64,000 bases of DNA from an uncultured Phocaeicola sp. (GCA_944320885.1 CALUJE010000005.1:39355-103354), one strand, 5' to 3'. Shown: positions 1 through 9,659, counted from the first letter of the stretch. The notes: generated by a model not told the origin, from the letters alone. Translations and numbers: made by a program.

Positions 1-581
1 TTGTAGAATATGTGATTAGTGAGCTTGTCCGTTTACTCCACGGCTTCGGTGGAGTACGCTGGCTGGATGAAAGTACGGAGCTTACCCGCCGCAAGGTTGG
101 AATCATCGGATTGGGAAAGACCGGACGCATGGTGGCCGATGCACTGAAGTTTCTTGGTGCGGATATCTTGTATTATAGCCGCACACGCAAACCGGAGGCC
201 GAAGATGCCGGAATGGCTTACAGAGAACTGGATGAACTGCTGACAGAAGCCGAAATCATATGTACCTGTCTGCCTCGTAACAATTACCTGTTGGGTGAGC
301 ATGAGTTCAGTCTTTTTGGTAACAGAAAAATTCTGGTAAACACTTCGGTTGGGCCTACTTTCCAGTTGGAAGCTCTTAAACAATGGCTGAAAGAATGTCC
401 GCAGAGTTTTTATCTGTGCGATGCTACCGGCATGGGAGCTTTGGCTGAAGACTTGAAAGATATTCCGAATGTGCTGTATACTCCCTATATATCCGGAAAA
501 TCAGTGCAAAGCGTAGAACGTTTGTCGCAGAAGGCACTGGCCAATATAAGAACTTTCTTTGAAGAGTCAGCGCAAAGATAA
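1..581 (+). CDS. D-isomer-specific 2-hydroxyacid dehydrogenase family protein, C-terminal part (5' end lies outside the window)
   Basis: Reading frame is open to the window edge. Rossmann motif GIIGLGKTGRMVA sits only ~33 codons into the ORF, where it is normally ~150 aa in, so the N-terminus is missing. Confidence 0.75.
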   Translation, partial: VEYVISELVRLLHGFGGVRWLDESTELTRRKVGIIGLGKTGRMVADALKFLGADILYYSRTRKPEAEDAGMAYRELDELLTEAEIICTCLPRNNYLLGEHEFSLFGNRKILVNTSVGPTFQLEALKQWLKECPQSFYLCDATGMGALAEDLKDIPNVLYTPYISGKSVQSVERLSQKALANIRTFFEESAQR

Positions 582-610
582 GCTTCAGAGAATACGGACT
601 TGCCGAGAAA

Positions 611-654
611 ATGCCGGATAATGCAATTGAGTGTTACGTTGCATTATCCGGCAT
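611..654. terminator. Bidirectional stem-loop between convergent genes
   Basis: ATGCCGGATAATGCAA (611-626) pairs perfectly with TTGCATTATCCGGCAT (639-654) around a 12-nt loop. It lies between the stops at 581 (+) and 675 (-). Confidence 0.6.
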
Positions 655-674
655 AATGTTTATGATGTGAAATC

Positions 675-1733
675 TTACTGTTCGTCGGCTGTTATCTTGA
701 CAATGCCTCCTGTAGTAGGATTGAATATAACCTGTGTGGTCGTTTTCTTGTCAAACAGCTTTTTATTCAGAATTTCCGTATTGCCGAACTGGGCAAATGG
801 GAATTCGCCTTCATAGTATTTTTCCTTTCCCTGGAAAATGCAAATCTGTGCCTTTCCGGGAATATTGTATACTACGCCTTCGAGTTTCTTTTTCGATTTT
901 TCTTCAGGATTCGGTTCCGGTACGTTCTTCAGGTTGGTCAGTGATACGTATACCGGCTCTCCGGCCAGGTTGTTTGCACCGACAACACCCAAAAGCTTTG
1001 AAAAACGGAATAACACGTCTTTTTCTATGTTTCCGGTAGGAGTAAGCTGAAGAGTGAATTTTCGCTCTTCCTTTACCGTTTTACCCTTAAACAGCTGAAG
1101 CAATGCTTCTTCCTGCGTATTCAGGTTGTCGAGCATTATTTTCAGTGATTCTCCGTCCTTAGGCATGTATTCTGACTGGCCGCGTGTCAGGCTGTTCTTG
1201 CTTTCGCGTATGTTGTAGATTTCGCGTGCGGTGAGTTCTGCCATTTTTGCCGTAGAACCCGCCATCAGAATATCTTCGGTCATGTAATCGCGTGGATTGA
1301 GCGTTTTCTCAGGAGCCTTGGGTGCTTCTTCTTCCGGTTCGTATTTGTTCGGATTATGTGTGTTGATAGCTTTTATTATGCCATCATTGGTAAGTTCCAC
1401 AAGAGGAGCAACTGTCTTGTCCTTGAGTTCTATCGTATAAGCCTGTGACTGGTTGGGTTGTCCTACGGGAACGACCTTGATACTTTTTATTTTCCACAAT
1501 TCAGAGGCTTTTGAAGAAATATCGGCCAGTCGCAGATATTTTTCTGCGTATCGGCAGAAGTCACCGGGTGTAAAGGTGGTCTTTTCTGCTTCGACCGTGA
1601 TGCGTAATGCCGTTGTAGGAAGAAAATAAGTGATTCCTTCCTCATTCTGCCCCGGAGCGTAATTGGTGACACGGGTCTGTGCACCAGCTGTGGCAGAGAG
1701 TAACAGTGTTAAAGCTAATAATCCGGTTTTCAT
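675..1733 (-). CDS. Hypothetical secreted protein with N-terminal signal peptide (possibly a Bacteroides-specific DUF family, not verified)
   Basis: 352-aa ORF. N-terminus MKTGLLALTLLLSATAGAQ is a typical signal peptide. No competing ORF of similar length. Confidence 0.7.
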   Translation of the reverse strand: MKTGLLALTLLLSATAGAQTRVTNYAPGQNEEGITYFLPTTALRITVEAEKTTFTPGDFCRYAEKYLRLADISSKASELWKIKSIKVVPVGQPNQSQAYTIELKDKTVAPLVELTNDGIIKAINTHNPNKYEPEEEAPKAPEKTLNPRDYMTEDILMAGSTAKMAELTAREIYNIRESKNSLTRGQSEYMPKDGESLKIMLDNLNTQEEALLQLFKGKTVKEERKFTLQLTPTGNIEKDVLFRFSKLLGVVGANNLAGEPVYVSLTNLKNVPEPNPEEKSKKKLEGVVYNIPGKAQICIFQGKEKYYEGEFPFAQFGNTEILNKKLFDKKTTTQVIFNPTTGGIVKITADEQ

Positions 1734-1761
1734 ATCTATTGTGTTTTTGGTAGCTGAATTT

Positions 1762-3330
1762 TTATTTGCTTATTGCCTTCCATGCCTGTGGCAGGTATTT
1801 CACGATGCTTGCTGCTGTCATACCCATCTGGCTTTCGGCATCGGCAGCCAGGTCACCGGCCAGTCCGTGTATATATACACCCAGACGGCATGCGTCGCCC
1901 GAACGGTATCCTTGGGCAAGCAGGGCAAGCAGGATTCCTGTAAGTACATCACCGCTTCCTCCGGTAGCCATTCCCGGATTTCCGGTAGGATTGAATGCTA
2001 CGTTTCCTTCGGGAGTGATAATTGCGGTCCATGCGCCTTTCAATACCACATATACATGCAGGCGTGCAGCCAGTTCCTTGGCTTTTGTAATGCGTTCGTA
2101 GGTATCATTGCATGTTCCGACAAGACGTTCCAGTTCCTTGGGGTGCGGCGTGAGAATGCTGTCGCGTGGAATCTGCTCAAGCCACGAACCGTTTAATGAC
2201 AGGATGTTCAGAGCATCGGCATCAAGCACCATTGGGGTAGAGGTAATCTGCAACTGCTCTATGAGGGCTTCGGCTGTTTCCATTTCCTTGCCTATGCCGG
2301 GACCTACGGCTACGGCCTCGAAAGAGTCGGCTTCGGTAGCTGTGGTGAAACAGTCGTCACTGTAGTCATGGTCAATCATGGCTTCGGGAACGCTGATTTG
2401 CAGAATATCGTTGTTGCGCAGAGGAGCGTGTATGGTCAGCAATCCTACACCGCTGCGCAGACAAGCCTGTGCAGCCAGAATGGATGCTCCTGCCATACCG
2501 GTCTTTCCGGCAATAAGCAGTGCATGGCCGTAAGTTCCTTTGTGTGAGAAACGGCTTCTTTTCTTAAGCAGTGATGCAACCTCATCCTTTTCCATCATAT
2601 GGAAAGGAGTTTGAGCTTCTTTCAGATATTCCGGATGCAGATTGATGTCTATGATTTCCGTTTCACCTAGAATCTCTTCGTTCTCGGGAAAGAGAAATGC
2701 CAGTTTGAGCTGTCCGATAGTAAGCGTCAGATCTGCTCTGACAATATGGTCATGGATGTTATATGTATTGTCTTCACACATCAGTCCCGAAGGAATATCT
2801 ATGGCGACAACCGTAGCCGGTGACTGGTTGATGTATTTTACCACTGCGGCAAATCCGCCGTTGAGCGGTTTGTTCAGGCCAGAACCGAACAGTCCGTCTA
2901 TCACTACGTCTTTTTCGCTCAGTTGAGGCGGAATGAATTGGGTGGTGATTTCAAAAAAGCTGACCTGCTGGCACATTTTCAGCAAGTCACGGTTGGTTTC
3001 ACAGTCTTCCGAAAGTTTGCCTGTCGTATTGAACAGGTAGGCTTCTATGTGATAACCTTTTTCTGAAAGCAGACGCGCTACTGCCAGAGCATCGCCACCG
3101 TTATTACCCGGTCCGGCAAAAACTTTAATCGGAGTCTGGTTGTTCCATCGGCGTGCAATGGCTTCGGTCAGTTGTTGGGCTGCACGTTCCATAAGGTCGA
3201 TGGATGAGATGGGTTCTTTTTCTATTGTATATTTATCCCATTCCTTGATTTGAGAATTAGTAAGTATTTTCACTTTTATAAAGTCTTTGGTCTTATTAGG
3301 GTGTAAAAATACTATTTTCAAAGGAATCAT
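1762..3330 (-). CDS. nnr: Bifunctional NAD(P)H-hydrate repair enzyme (epimerase / ADP-dependent dehydratase)
   Basis: N-terminal YjeF_N-like part (FAGPGNNGGDALAVARLL) plus C-terminal carbohydrate-kinase part (GPGIG, GGSGDVLTG). Start is uncertain: ATG 3330, GTG 3273 (VKILTNSQIKEWD) or the longest ORF at 3384. Confidence 0.9.
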   Translation of the reverse strand: MIPLKIVFLHPNKTKDFIKVKILTNSQIKEWDKYTIEKEPISSIDLMERAAQQLTEAIARRWNNQTPIKVFAGPGNNGGDALAVARLLSEKGYHIEAYLFNTTGKLSEDCETNRDLLKMCQQVSFFEITTQFIPPQLSEKDVVIDGLFGSGLNKPLNGGFAAVVKYINQSPATVVAIDIPSGLMCEDNTYNIHDHIVRADLTLTIGQLKLAFLFPENEEILGETEIIDINLHPEYLKEAQTPFHMMEKDEVASLLKKRSRFSHKGTYGHALLIAGKTGMAGASILAAQACLRSGVGLLTIHAPLRNNDILQISVPEAMIDHDYSDDCFTTATEADSFEAVAVGPGIGKEMETAEALIEQLQITSTPMVLDADALNILSLNGSWLEQIPRDSILTPHPKELERLVGTCNDTYERITKAKELAARLHVYVVLKGAWTAIITPEGNVAFNPTGNPGMATGGSGDVLTGILLALLAQGYRSGDACRLGVYIHGLAGDLAADAESQMGMTAASIVKYLPQAWKAISK

Positions 3331-3432
3331 GATGCTTCTTTCTCTGAAAAAGTGTAATTTTGCAGTGAATTTGATAAAATGCATATCGTATAGAGATAAT
3401 ATACATAATAAAAAGGTTTTAAAATAAAAAAC

Positions 3433-4002
3433 ATGTTGAACATTGTAATTTTTGGAGCTCCGGGTTCTGGTAAAGGTACTCAGAGTGAACGTATCGTTGA
3501 AAAGTTTGGTTTAAATCACATCTCTACAGGTGATGTGCTTCGTGCTGAAATCAAAAATGGTACTGAACTGGGTAAAACGGCAAAAGGATATATCGATCAG
3601 GGACAACTTATTCCCGATGCATTGATGATTGATATTCTTGCCAGTGTTTTCGATTCGTTCAAAGACAGCAAAGGTGTGATTTTTGACGGTTTCCCCAGAA
3701 CTATCGCACAGGCTGAGGCTTTGAAGCAAATGCTGAAAGACAGAAATCAGGAAGTTTCAATCATGCTTGACCTGGAAGTTCCGGAAGACGAGCTGATGAC
3801 CCGTCTTATCAAACGCGGACAAGAATCAGGACGTGCCGATGATAATGAAGAAACTATCAAAAAACGTCTGGTAGTTTATCATTCACAGACTGCACCTCTG
3901 ATTGACTGGTATAAGAAAGAAGGAAAATATCAGCACATTCAGGGAGTGGGAACAATGGATGCTATTTTCAACGACATTGTTGCTGCAATAGAAAAATTGT
4001 AA
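3433..4002 (+). CDS. adk: Adenylate kinase
   Basis: P-loop GAPGSGKGTQ, HISTGDVLR motif, 189 aa short (zinc-less lid) form. Confidence 0.97.
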   Translation: MLNIVIFGAPGSGKGTQSERIVEKFGLNHISTGDVLRAEIKNGTELGKTAKGYIDQGQLIPDALMIDILASVFDSFKDSKGVIFDGFPRTIAQAEALKQMLKDRNQEVSIMLDLEVPEDELMTRLIKRGQESGRADDNEETIKKRLVVYHSQTAPLIDWYKKEGKYQHIQGVGTMDAIFNDIVAAIEKL

Positions 4003-4019
4003 TTAAATATAATTTGAAG

Positions 4020-4070
4020 AACGCAAATTGCGCATTATTGAAAAGAATTGCGTAATTTGCGTTTGTTTTT
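4020..4070 (+). terminator. Rho-independent terminator after adk
   Basis: AACGCAAATTGCGCA (4020-4034) pairs with TGCGTAATTTGCGTT (4049-4063), one mismatch, followed by TGTTTTTATT. Confidence 0.6.
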
Positions 4071-4089
4071 ATTCAAGAACAGAAAAAAT

Positions 4090-5277
4090 ATGGCTGAATC
4101 AAATTTTGTAGATTATGTGAAAATATATTGCCGTTCTGGTAAGGGTGGAAGAGGCTCGGCACACATGCGACGTGAGAAATATATTCCCAATGGAGGCCCT
4201 GACGGGGGTGACGGCGGACGAGGAGGTCATGTCATTCTGCGTGGAAACCGTAATTACTGGACATTGCTTCACCTGAAATATGACCGTCATGTTTTTGCCG
4301 GACACGGAGGAAACGGCTCACGTAACAGAAGTTTCGGAAAAGACGGAGCCGACAAGGTGATTGAAGTGCCTTGCGGAACAGTGGTGTATAATGCCGAAAC
4401 GGGTGAATATATCTGTGATATTACGGAACATGAACAGGAAGTTATTCTTCTGAAAGGCGGTCGGGGAGGACTGGGTAACTGGCATTTTAAAACGGCTACC
4501 AGACAGGCGCCGCGATTTGCACAGCCCGGAGAGCCGATGCGTGAACTGACTGTTATTCTTGAATTGAAACTGCTGGCCGATGTGGGTCTGGTAGGATTTC
4601 CCAATGCCGGAAAATCTACACTCTTGTCGGTTGTTTCATCAGCACGCCCGAAAATTGCCAATTATCCGTTTACAACACTTGAACCGAACCTGGGTATTGT
4701 TTCATACCGCGACGGCAAATCGTTTGTAATGGCCGATATTCCGGGTATTATTGAGGGTGCAAGTGCCGGAAAAGGACTGGGACTTCGTTTCTTGCGACAC
4801 ATAGAACGAAACTCTCTGTTGCTTTTCATGGTCCCGGGCGATACGGATGATATCCGCAAGGAATATGAGATATTGCTCAATGAGCTGGCTACCTTCAATC
4901 CGGAGATGCTCGACAAGCAAAGAGTGCTGGCTATCACCAAGTGTGATATGCTTGATGAGGAACTGATAAGCATGCTGTCTGAAAATCTTCCGGAAAACAT
5001 TCCTCATGTATTTATTTCTTCTCTTACAGGTTTGGGTATTCAGCAACTGAAGGATATCCTCTGGACAGAGTTGAACAAGGAAAGTAATAAACTTGAATCT
5101 GTTTCTTCGGAAAAGATTGTACACCGTAATAAGGATATCAAATTGCTTCAGACCGAGTTGGAAGCAATGGGTGAAGATGAGGATATCACGTATGTAGACG
5201 AAGATGAAATAGAAGATCTCGACTATGAATACGAAGATGATTACGAGGAAGAAGATTGGGACGACGATAAAAAATGA
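4090..5277 (+). CDS. obg: GTPase Obg/CgtA with hyper-acidic C-terminal tail
   Basis: Obg fold start [24 protein letters not shown]1 [10 protein letters not shown]3 DIPG, G4 TKCD. ATG 4090 is preferred because the longer ORF start at 4048 falls inside the adk terminator stem. Confidence 0.95.
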   Translation: MAESNFVDYVKIYCRSGKGGRGSAHMRREKYIPNGGPDGGDGGRGGHVILRGNRNYWTLLHLKYDRHVFAGHGGNGSRNRSFGKDGADKVIEVPCGTVVYNAETGEYICDITEHEQEVILLKGGRGGLGNWHFKTATRQAPRFAQPGEPMRELTVILELKLLADVGLVGFPNAGKSTLLSVVSSARPKIANYPFTTLEPNLGIVSYRDGKSFVMADIPGIIEGASAGKGLGLRFLRHIERNSLLLFMVPGDTDDIRKEYEILLNELATFNPEMLDKQRVLAITKCDMLDEELISMLSENLPENIPHVFISSLTGLGIQQLKDILWTELNKESNKLESVSSEKIVHRNKDIKLLQTELEAMGEDEDITYVDEDEIEDLDYEYEDDYEEEDWDDDKK

Positions 5278-6086
5278 GCAGATTAACTAGTAACCAGAGT
5301 TTGTTGGTCTACGACTTGCTCGCTCCTGGGAGCGGGGTTACGGCCTTCTCGACAACCCGTATGGGAGGTTGCAGTAAGGGACGTTATGCCTCGTTCAACT
5401 GTTCTCCTTACTGCGGAGACGACCCGCAGGCGGTAAAGGAGAATATGTTTCTGTTGTGTGATATGCTGCCTTCCATTCCCATCAAATGGATAATACCTCA
5501 TCAGATACATGGCACGGAGATTCTTTGTGTCGATGATGCATTTCTGAAACTGCCGCAGGAAGAACGTACCAAACGCCTTGGAGGGATTGATGCGTTGATA
5601 ACCGATAAGCCCGGATACTGTCTTTGTGTCTCTACGGCCGACTGTATTCCTGTATTGCTGTATGATGAAAAGCTGAAGGTGGTAGCCGTTGTACATGCCG
5701 GATGGCGTGGAACTGCGGCACGTATTGTAGAAAAGACCGTAATGCAGATGTGTACCCGATACGGTTCATCGGCCGAAAATATTGTGGCCGCAATAGGTCC
5801 AGGTATCTCACTGGAGGCTTTTGAGGTTGGTGTGGAGGTGTATGAGGCATTTCTTGAAGCCGGTTTCCCGATGGAAAAAGTAGCCCGCTGGTACCGGCCT
5901 TCGGCACGCTGGCATATTGACCTGTGGGAAGCCAATAACTGGCAATTGCAACAATGTGGCGTCTTACGTGAACACGTTGAGTTCTCAGGGGTATGCACCT
6001 ATTTGCAATGCGACGATTTCTTCTCTGCCAGAAGACTGGGCATCCAGTCTGGTCGTATATTGTCTGGCATCATGTTGGATATTTAA
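5274..6086 (+). CDS. pgeF: YfiH/PgeF family (DUF152) polyphenol-oxidase-like / peptidoglycan editing factor
   Basis: Family-typical HG..I, TADC.PV and VHAGWRG motifs. The start ATG overlaps the obg stop (ATGA at 5274-5277). Confidence 0.85.
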   Translation: MSRLTSNQSLLVYDLLAPGSGVTAFSTTRMGGCSKGRYASFNCSPYCGDDPQAVKENMFLLCDMLPSIPIKWIIPHQIHGTEILCVDDAFLKLPQEERTKRLGGIDALITDKPGYCLCVSTADCIPVLLYDEKLKVVAVVHAGWRGTAARIVEKTVMQMCTRYGSSAENIVAAIGPGISLEAFEVGVEVYEAFLEAGFPMEKVARWYRPSARWHIDLWEANNWQLQQCGVLREHVEFSGVCTYLQCDDFFSARRLGIQSGRILSGIMLDI

Positions 6087-6099
6087 CGGATGAAAAAAT

Positions 6100-6285
6100 A
6101 TGAGTATTGAAAAAGTATTGACTGAAGGCATTGTGTTCAAGCCGTCTTCATCACAGTCATCCTCACAAAAAACGGGAGTGAAGACCAAGGCTAAGAAAAA
6201 GGCATACATTACCGGCAGCCACGGTTCCGGTTCTGCCAAGATGCAAGCCGAGTATCGCCGTCGCAGAGCGAACCGGCATAAATGA
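6100..6285 (+). CDS. Small basic hypothetical protein (61 aa)
   Basis: Starts 14 nt after the pgeF stop on the same strand. Ser/Lys/Arg-rich low-complexity sequence, with no recognisable family. Confidence 0.3.
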   Translation: MSIEKVLTEGIVFKPSSSQSSSQKTGVKTKAKKKAYITGSHGSGSAKMQAEYRRRRANRHK

Positions 6286-6451
6286 TTATGAAACGGGAGA
6301 TTTTTCTGTATAAGAATTACCGCATTTTTATAACTTATAAATTGGAAAAAGATGGCTATGAATTTTTTATTCATAACTTATAAATAATTTATTCCTCTTG
6401 ATTATTTAGGGATTTTATAGCCTTCTTTTTTTCTTTTATATCCTGTAAAAT

Positions 6452-6510
6452 AAAAAAAGAACAGGATTCAGTTGTCATCTTTACGGTGACTCTGAATCCT
6501 GTTCTTTTTA
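6452..6510. terminator. Bidirectional stem-loop between convergent transcription units
   Basis: AGAACAGGATTCAG (6458-6471) pairs with CTGAATCCTGTTCT (6492-6505). A-run on the left and T-run on the right. Confidence 0.5.
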
Positions 6511-6549
6511 TTTGTGAGCTATATAAAACTGAGTTTTTCCGTTTTACTC

Positions 6550-8133
6550 TTATTTACCGGGAAAATACGATTCTGCCAGGCTGTTCAGATATACCTCCAG
6601 GTTGGTATATTGCTTGTCGAGGTTGTATTTTGCACCGTCGGCTGCATTGTTGGGGTCAAGTCCTTTTTCTTTTTCCCAATAGTCGGGCATGCCGTCACCG
6701 TCAGTATCTGCCTGAGGAGTACCTTTTGCGTAAGCAGGCCATCCGCCAACTTCCGATGCGTCGTTTATAAATCCGTTGTTGCCGGCAGAGAAAGTTCCGT
6801 TACGCACTTCGTTTACAATACGCTTGTCTACTTCATCTCTGTTGTGTGAGGCACCGGCATATGTCAGGACTGACTCGTATGCGTCTTTGGCCGACTGGGT
6901 ATATTCTTCCGCATCTTCGGTAATAGAGAAAGGACTGCTGACCAATAGCTTGTCGGTCGTAATGAAACCGTTTTTGGCTACCAGACCTTTGGTATTGTCA
7001 TTGTTGACCTCTTCGCATGCGCTTTTCTTGGAGTCTTTGGTCAGAACAGAAGAGTCAAAATAGTTACCTCCTACGTAGAACTGGCCGTATTGTCCAAGTT
7101 CGTTTTGGGAGTTATTGCTTCCGTCATCGTCATAAGCAGTGAATATGCGGTTATAGCTGCTTCCACCTTCATTAAAGTATGCTCCCGGCTTGTAATAGTT
7201 GTTTATGAAATTGAACGAACCTCCCTGTCCTCCGTAAGCACCTTCGCCTTGCCAGTTGTAGATAACGTTGTTTCGGAAATCCACTTTCTCGGTGTCCGGC
7301 TTTCCGGAAGAACGGCTTCCGTCCATGCGCGGGGTACGGTTGGTATGGTGAGCCAGCAGATTGTGGTGGAATGTGCCGGGTGCGCCTCCCCAGATACCTC
7401 CGTAACCATGATCTTCCTTGCTGTGTTTTGATTTTGCCAGACTCTCACTGATGATGCACCATTGCAGGGTAAAGTTCTTGTTGTTGTAGAACGATGCACA
7501 TTCGTCTATGCTCCAGCTCATGGAGCAGTGGTCTACGATAACGTTGGAAATGCCTCGTCCCCAGAAAGTATCGGCTCCGTCAGCCTCTTCTCCGCTAATA
7601 TCATCGGCTCCCATGCGGAAACGGATAAAACGTACAATTACGTTATCTATTCCGGCTTTCAGTACTACCGGATGCCCTTTGATGCAGATACCGTTTCCCG
7701 GAGCTGTCTGTCCGGCAATGGTCAGGTCTCCGTTTATAATATCCAGTTCATCTTTCAGTTCTATGACACCACCTGTTGCGAAAACGATGGTACGTGCTCC
7801 AGACTGGTTCACTGCCCAGCGAAGTGTTCCCTCACTTCCGTCATCATCGAGCTTGGTTACGGTATAAACCTTACCGCCGGCTCCTCCAGTTACATATCGT
7901 CCGGCTCCCTGTGCATTGGGGAATGCCGGTATTGTAGAGCGGTCAGGGGTGGAATATTCGGGGAGCATAGATGAAGAATCATCATCGTCATCCTTGTCTC
8001 CGTCATCATCGCCCGACGGTGTACCGGGTGTCTGTTCGTTTGTTGTGGGGTCGTCATCAGAGCAGGCTGTAAATCCTCCCATCAGGGCAAATGTAAAAAG
8101 CCCGGCCCATATTGTAGTTTTCAGATATTTCAT
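6550..8133 (-). CDS. Pectate lyase (PL1-like), lipoprotein with acidic post-Cys linker
   Basis: Lipobox GGFTAC then SDDDPTT...DDDGDKDDDDD. Beta-helix core motifs IVFATGG, DLTIAGQTAPG, VIVRFIRFR, WIDECASF, LLAHHTNRTPR. Start ATG 8133 (MKYLKTT) is preferred over the ORF maximum at 8280, which would overlap the upstream gene. Confidence 0.9.
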   Translation of the reverse strand: MKYLKTTIWAGLFTFALMGGFTACSDDDPTTNEQTPGTPSGDDDGDKDDDDDSSSMLPEYSTPDRSTIPAFPNAQGAGRYVTGGAGGKVYTVTKLDDDGSEGTLRWAVNQSGARTIVFATGGVIELKDELDIINGDLTIAGQTAPGNGICIKGHPVVLKAGIDNVIVRFIRFRMGADDISGEEADGADTFWGRGISNVIVDHCSMSWSIDECASFYNNKNFTLQWCIISESLAKSKHSKEDHGYGGIWGGAPGTFHHNLLAHHTNRTPRMDGSRSSGKPDTEKVDFRNNVIYNWQGEGAYGGQGGSFNFINNYYKPGAYFNEGGSSYNRIFTAYDDDGSNNSQNELGQYGQFYVGGNYFDSSVLTKDSKKSACEEVNNDNTKGLVAKNGFITTDKLLVSSPFSITEDAEEYTQSAKDAYESVLTYAGASHNRDEVDKRIVNEVRNGTFSAGNNGFINDASEVGGWPAYAKGTPQADTDGDGMPDYWEKEKGLDPNNAADGAKYNLDKQYTNLEVYLNSLAESYFPGK

Positions 8134-8150
8134 TGTTCTTTCTGTTATGT

Positions 8151-9659
8151 TTATTTCTTTGGATATAAATGGTTCACAAGTCCGTTCAGATATATTTCCA
8201 GATTGGTGTATTGTGCGTCGAGATTGTATTTGGCACCGTCGGAAGCGTCGTTCGGGTTGAGGCCGTTTTTCTGTTCCCACTCATCGGGCATTCCATCCTG
8301 GTCAGAATCGGTAGGGGCAGGTTCAGACTTGTATTCCGGCCATCCTCCTACGTCTCCCTGATGGTCTATGATACCGTTTGTACTGCCGTTTGAGCCTTCG
8401 TAAGTATAATTGCCCTTGCGTGTTTCTTCTACGATACGTGTGTCTACAGCATCGCGTTTCAGTGAAGCTCCGGCAAATTCAAGTACAGACTGATATGCCT
8501 TGCGTGCAGATTGTAACGATGTGTGTTCGGCTATGTCAAAAGCTTCCTTGGCCAGAACTTCTTTTTCAGGTGCGAAGTCTTTCTTGATGACAAGTCCGTA
8601 TGCATTGTCACGCTGAACCTTGTAGATGGCCTCTTTCTGTTTGTCGGTAAGTTTTGAACAGGTAGCATCGATATAGTTGTCTTCAAAATAGAATACACCG
8701 TGTGTGCCGGCTTTGTTGTTGTTCTTTCCGTCATCGGCATAGGCTGTAAAAAGACGTTTGTACGATGACTTGGTTGCAGTATAAGGTCCCGGTTTATAAT
8801 AGTTGGCCAGGAAGTTATATGAACCGCCTTCTCCGGCATAAGCTCCGTCACTTCCGTAATTGTATATTACGTTGTTAAACAGTTCCACTTTCTCCAGTTC
8901 AGGCTTTCCCGTGTAACGGCTTCCGCAAAGACGCGGGGTGCGGTTGGTGTGGTGAGCCAGCAGATTGTGATGGAACGATGCACGTTGTCCGCCCCACAGA
9001 CCTCCGTATCCGTGAGAGCCTTTTTCATGGATAGAATTGGCCAGACTCTCGCTGATGATACACCACTGCATGGTGAAGTCCTGATTGTTGTAGAATGAAG
9101 CACATTCGTCGGTACTCCAGCTTACTGAGCAGTGGTCAATGATTATGTTGCGGTGATTCTTGAAACCGTTCATGGCATCGTCACCCTTTTGTTTGACTTC
9201 ATCTCCCATACGTGAACGGATAAAGCGTACGATAACATTATCTGCCGAAATTCCGAAAGTATAGTTTTTCAGACAGATACCGTCGCCGGGAGCAGTCTGT
9301 CCGGCAATGGTCAGGTCGCCGTTGTTTATTTTCAGCGGTGACTGCAGTTCAATGATACCGCTTACGGCAAAAACAATGGTACGCGGTCCTTTCTTGCGGA
9401 TGGCCCAGCGCAGTGTTCCTTCAGAGTCGTCATCTTTCAGTGAAGTCACTACATATACTTTACCTCCGGCTCCTCCTGTAGTATACTTGCCGGCTCCGTC
9501 AGCACCGGGAAATGCCAGTACCTTGGAACGGTCGGGAGCAGGATATTCATTTTTAGTTCCGTCGGGTAAAAGTGCTTCAGCTTTTACGTCGGCTGCAGAC
9601 TGTGCCATCAGGAAGACGGCTAATGCACTTGTTAAAAACTTGCTAGTCATATTTTTCAA
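8151..9659 (-). CDS. Pectate lyase (PL1-like), paralog with a classical non-lipoprotein signal peptide
   Basis: Shares the same core motifs as 6550-8133 (IVFAVSG, DLTIAGQTAPG, VIVRFIRSR, LLAHHTNRTPR, C-terminal D.D.DGMPD.WE...YTNLE.YLN). The signal peptide ends AQSAADVKA with no Cys. Confidence 0.9.
   Translation of the reverse strand: MKNMTSKFLTSALAVFLMAQSAADVKAEALLPDGTKNEYPAPDRSKVLAFPGADGAGKYTTGGAGGKVYVVTSLKDDDSEGTLRWAIRKKGPRTIVFAVSGIIELQSPLKINNGDLTIAGQTAPGDGICLKNYTFGISADNVIVRFIRSRMGDEVKQKGDDAMNGFKNHRNIIIDHCSVSWSTDECASFYNNQDFTMQWCIISESLANSIHEKGSHGYGGLWGGQRASFHHNLLAHHTNRTPRLCGSRYTGKPELEKVELFNNVIYNYGSDGAYAGEGGSYNFLANYYKPGPYTATKSSYKRLFTAYADDGKNNNKAGTHGVFYFEDNYIDATCSKLTDKQKEAIYKVQRDNAYGLVIKKDFAPEKEVLAKEAFDIAEHTSLQSARKAYQSVLEFAGASLKRDAVDTRIVEETRKGNYTYEGSNGSTNGIIDHQGDVGGWPEYKSEPAPTDSDQDGMPDEWEQKNGLNPNDASDGAKYNLDAQYTNLEIYLNGLVNHLYPKK

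Noticed and set aside
4048-4089. Extended Obg start at 4048
   Set aside because: The extra codons lie within the adk terminator stem-loop. [10 protein letters not shown] at 4090 matches the usual Obg N-terminus.
7462-7974. 170-aa and 119-aa plus-strand ORFs within the pectate lyase gene
   Set aside because: They are antisense to a gene with strong PL1 motifs and have no independent support.
8134-8280. N-terminal extension of the downstream pectate lyase (ORF maximum start at 8280)
   Set aside because: The extension overlaps the 3' end of the upstream lyase gene and lacks a signal peptide. The internal MKYLKTT start gives a canonical lipoprotein signal.
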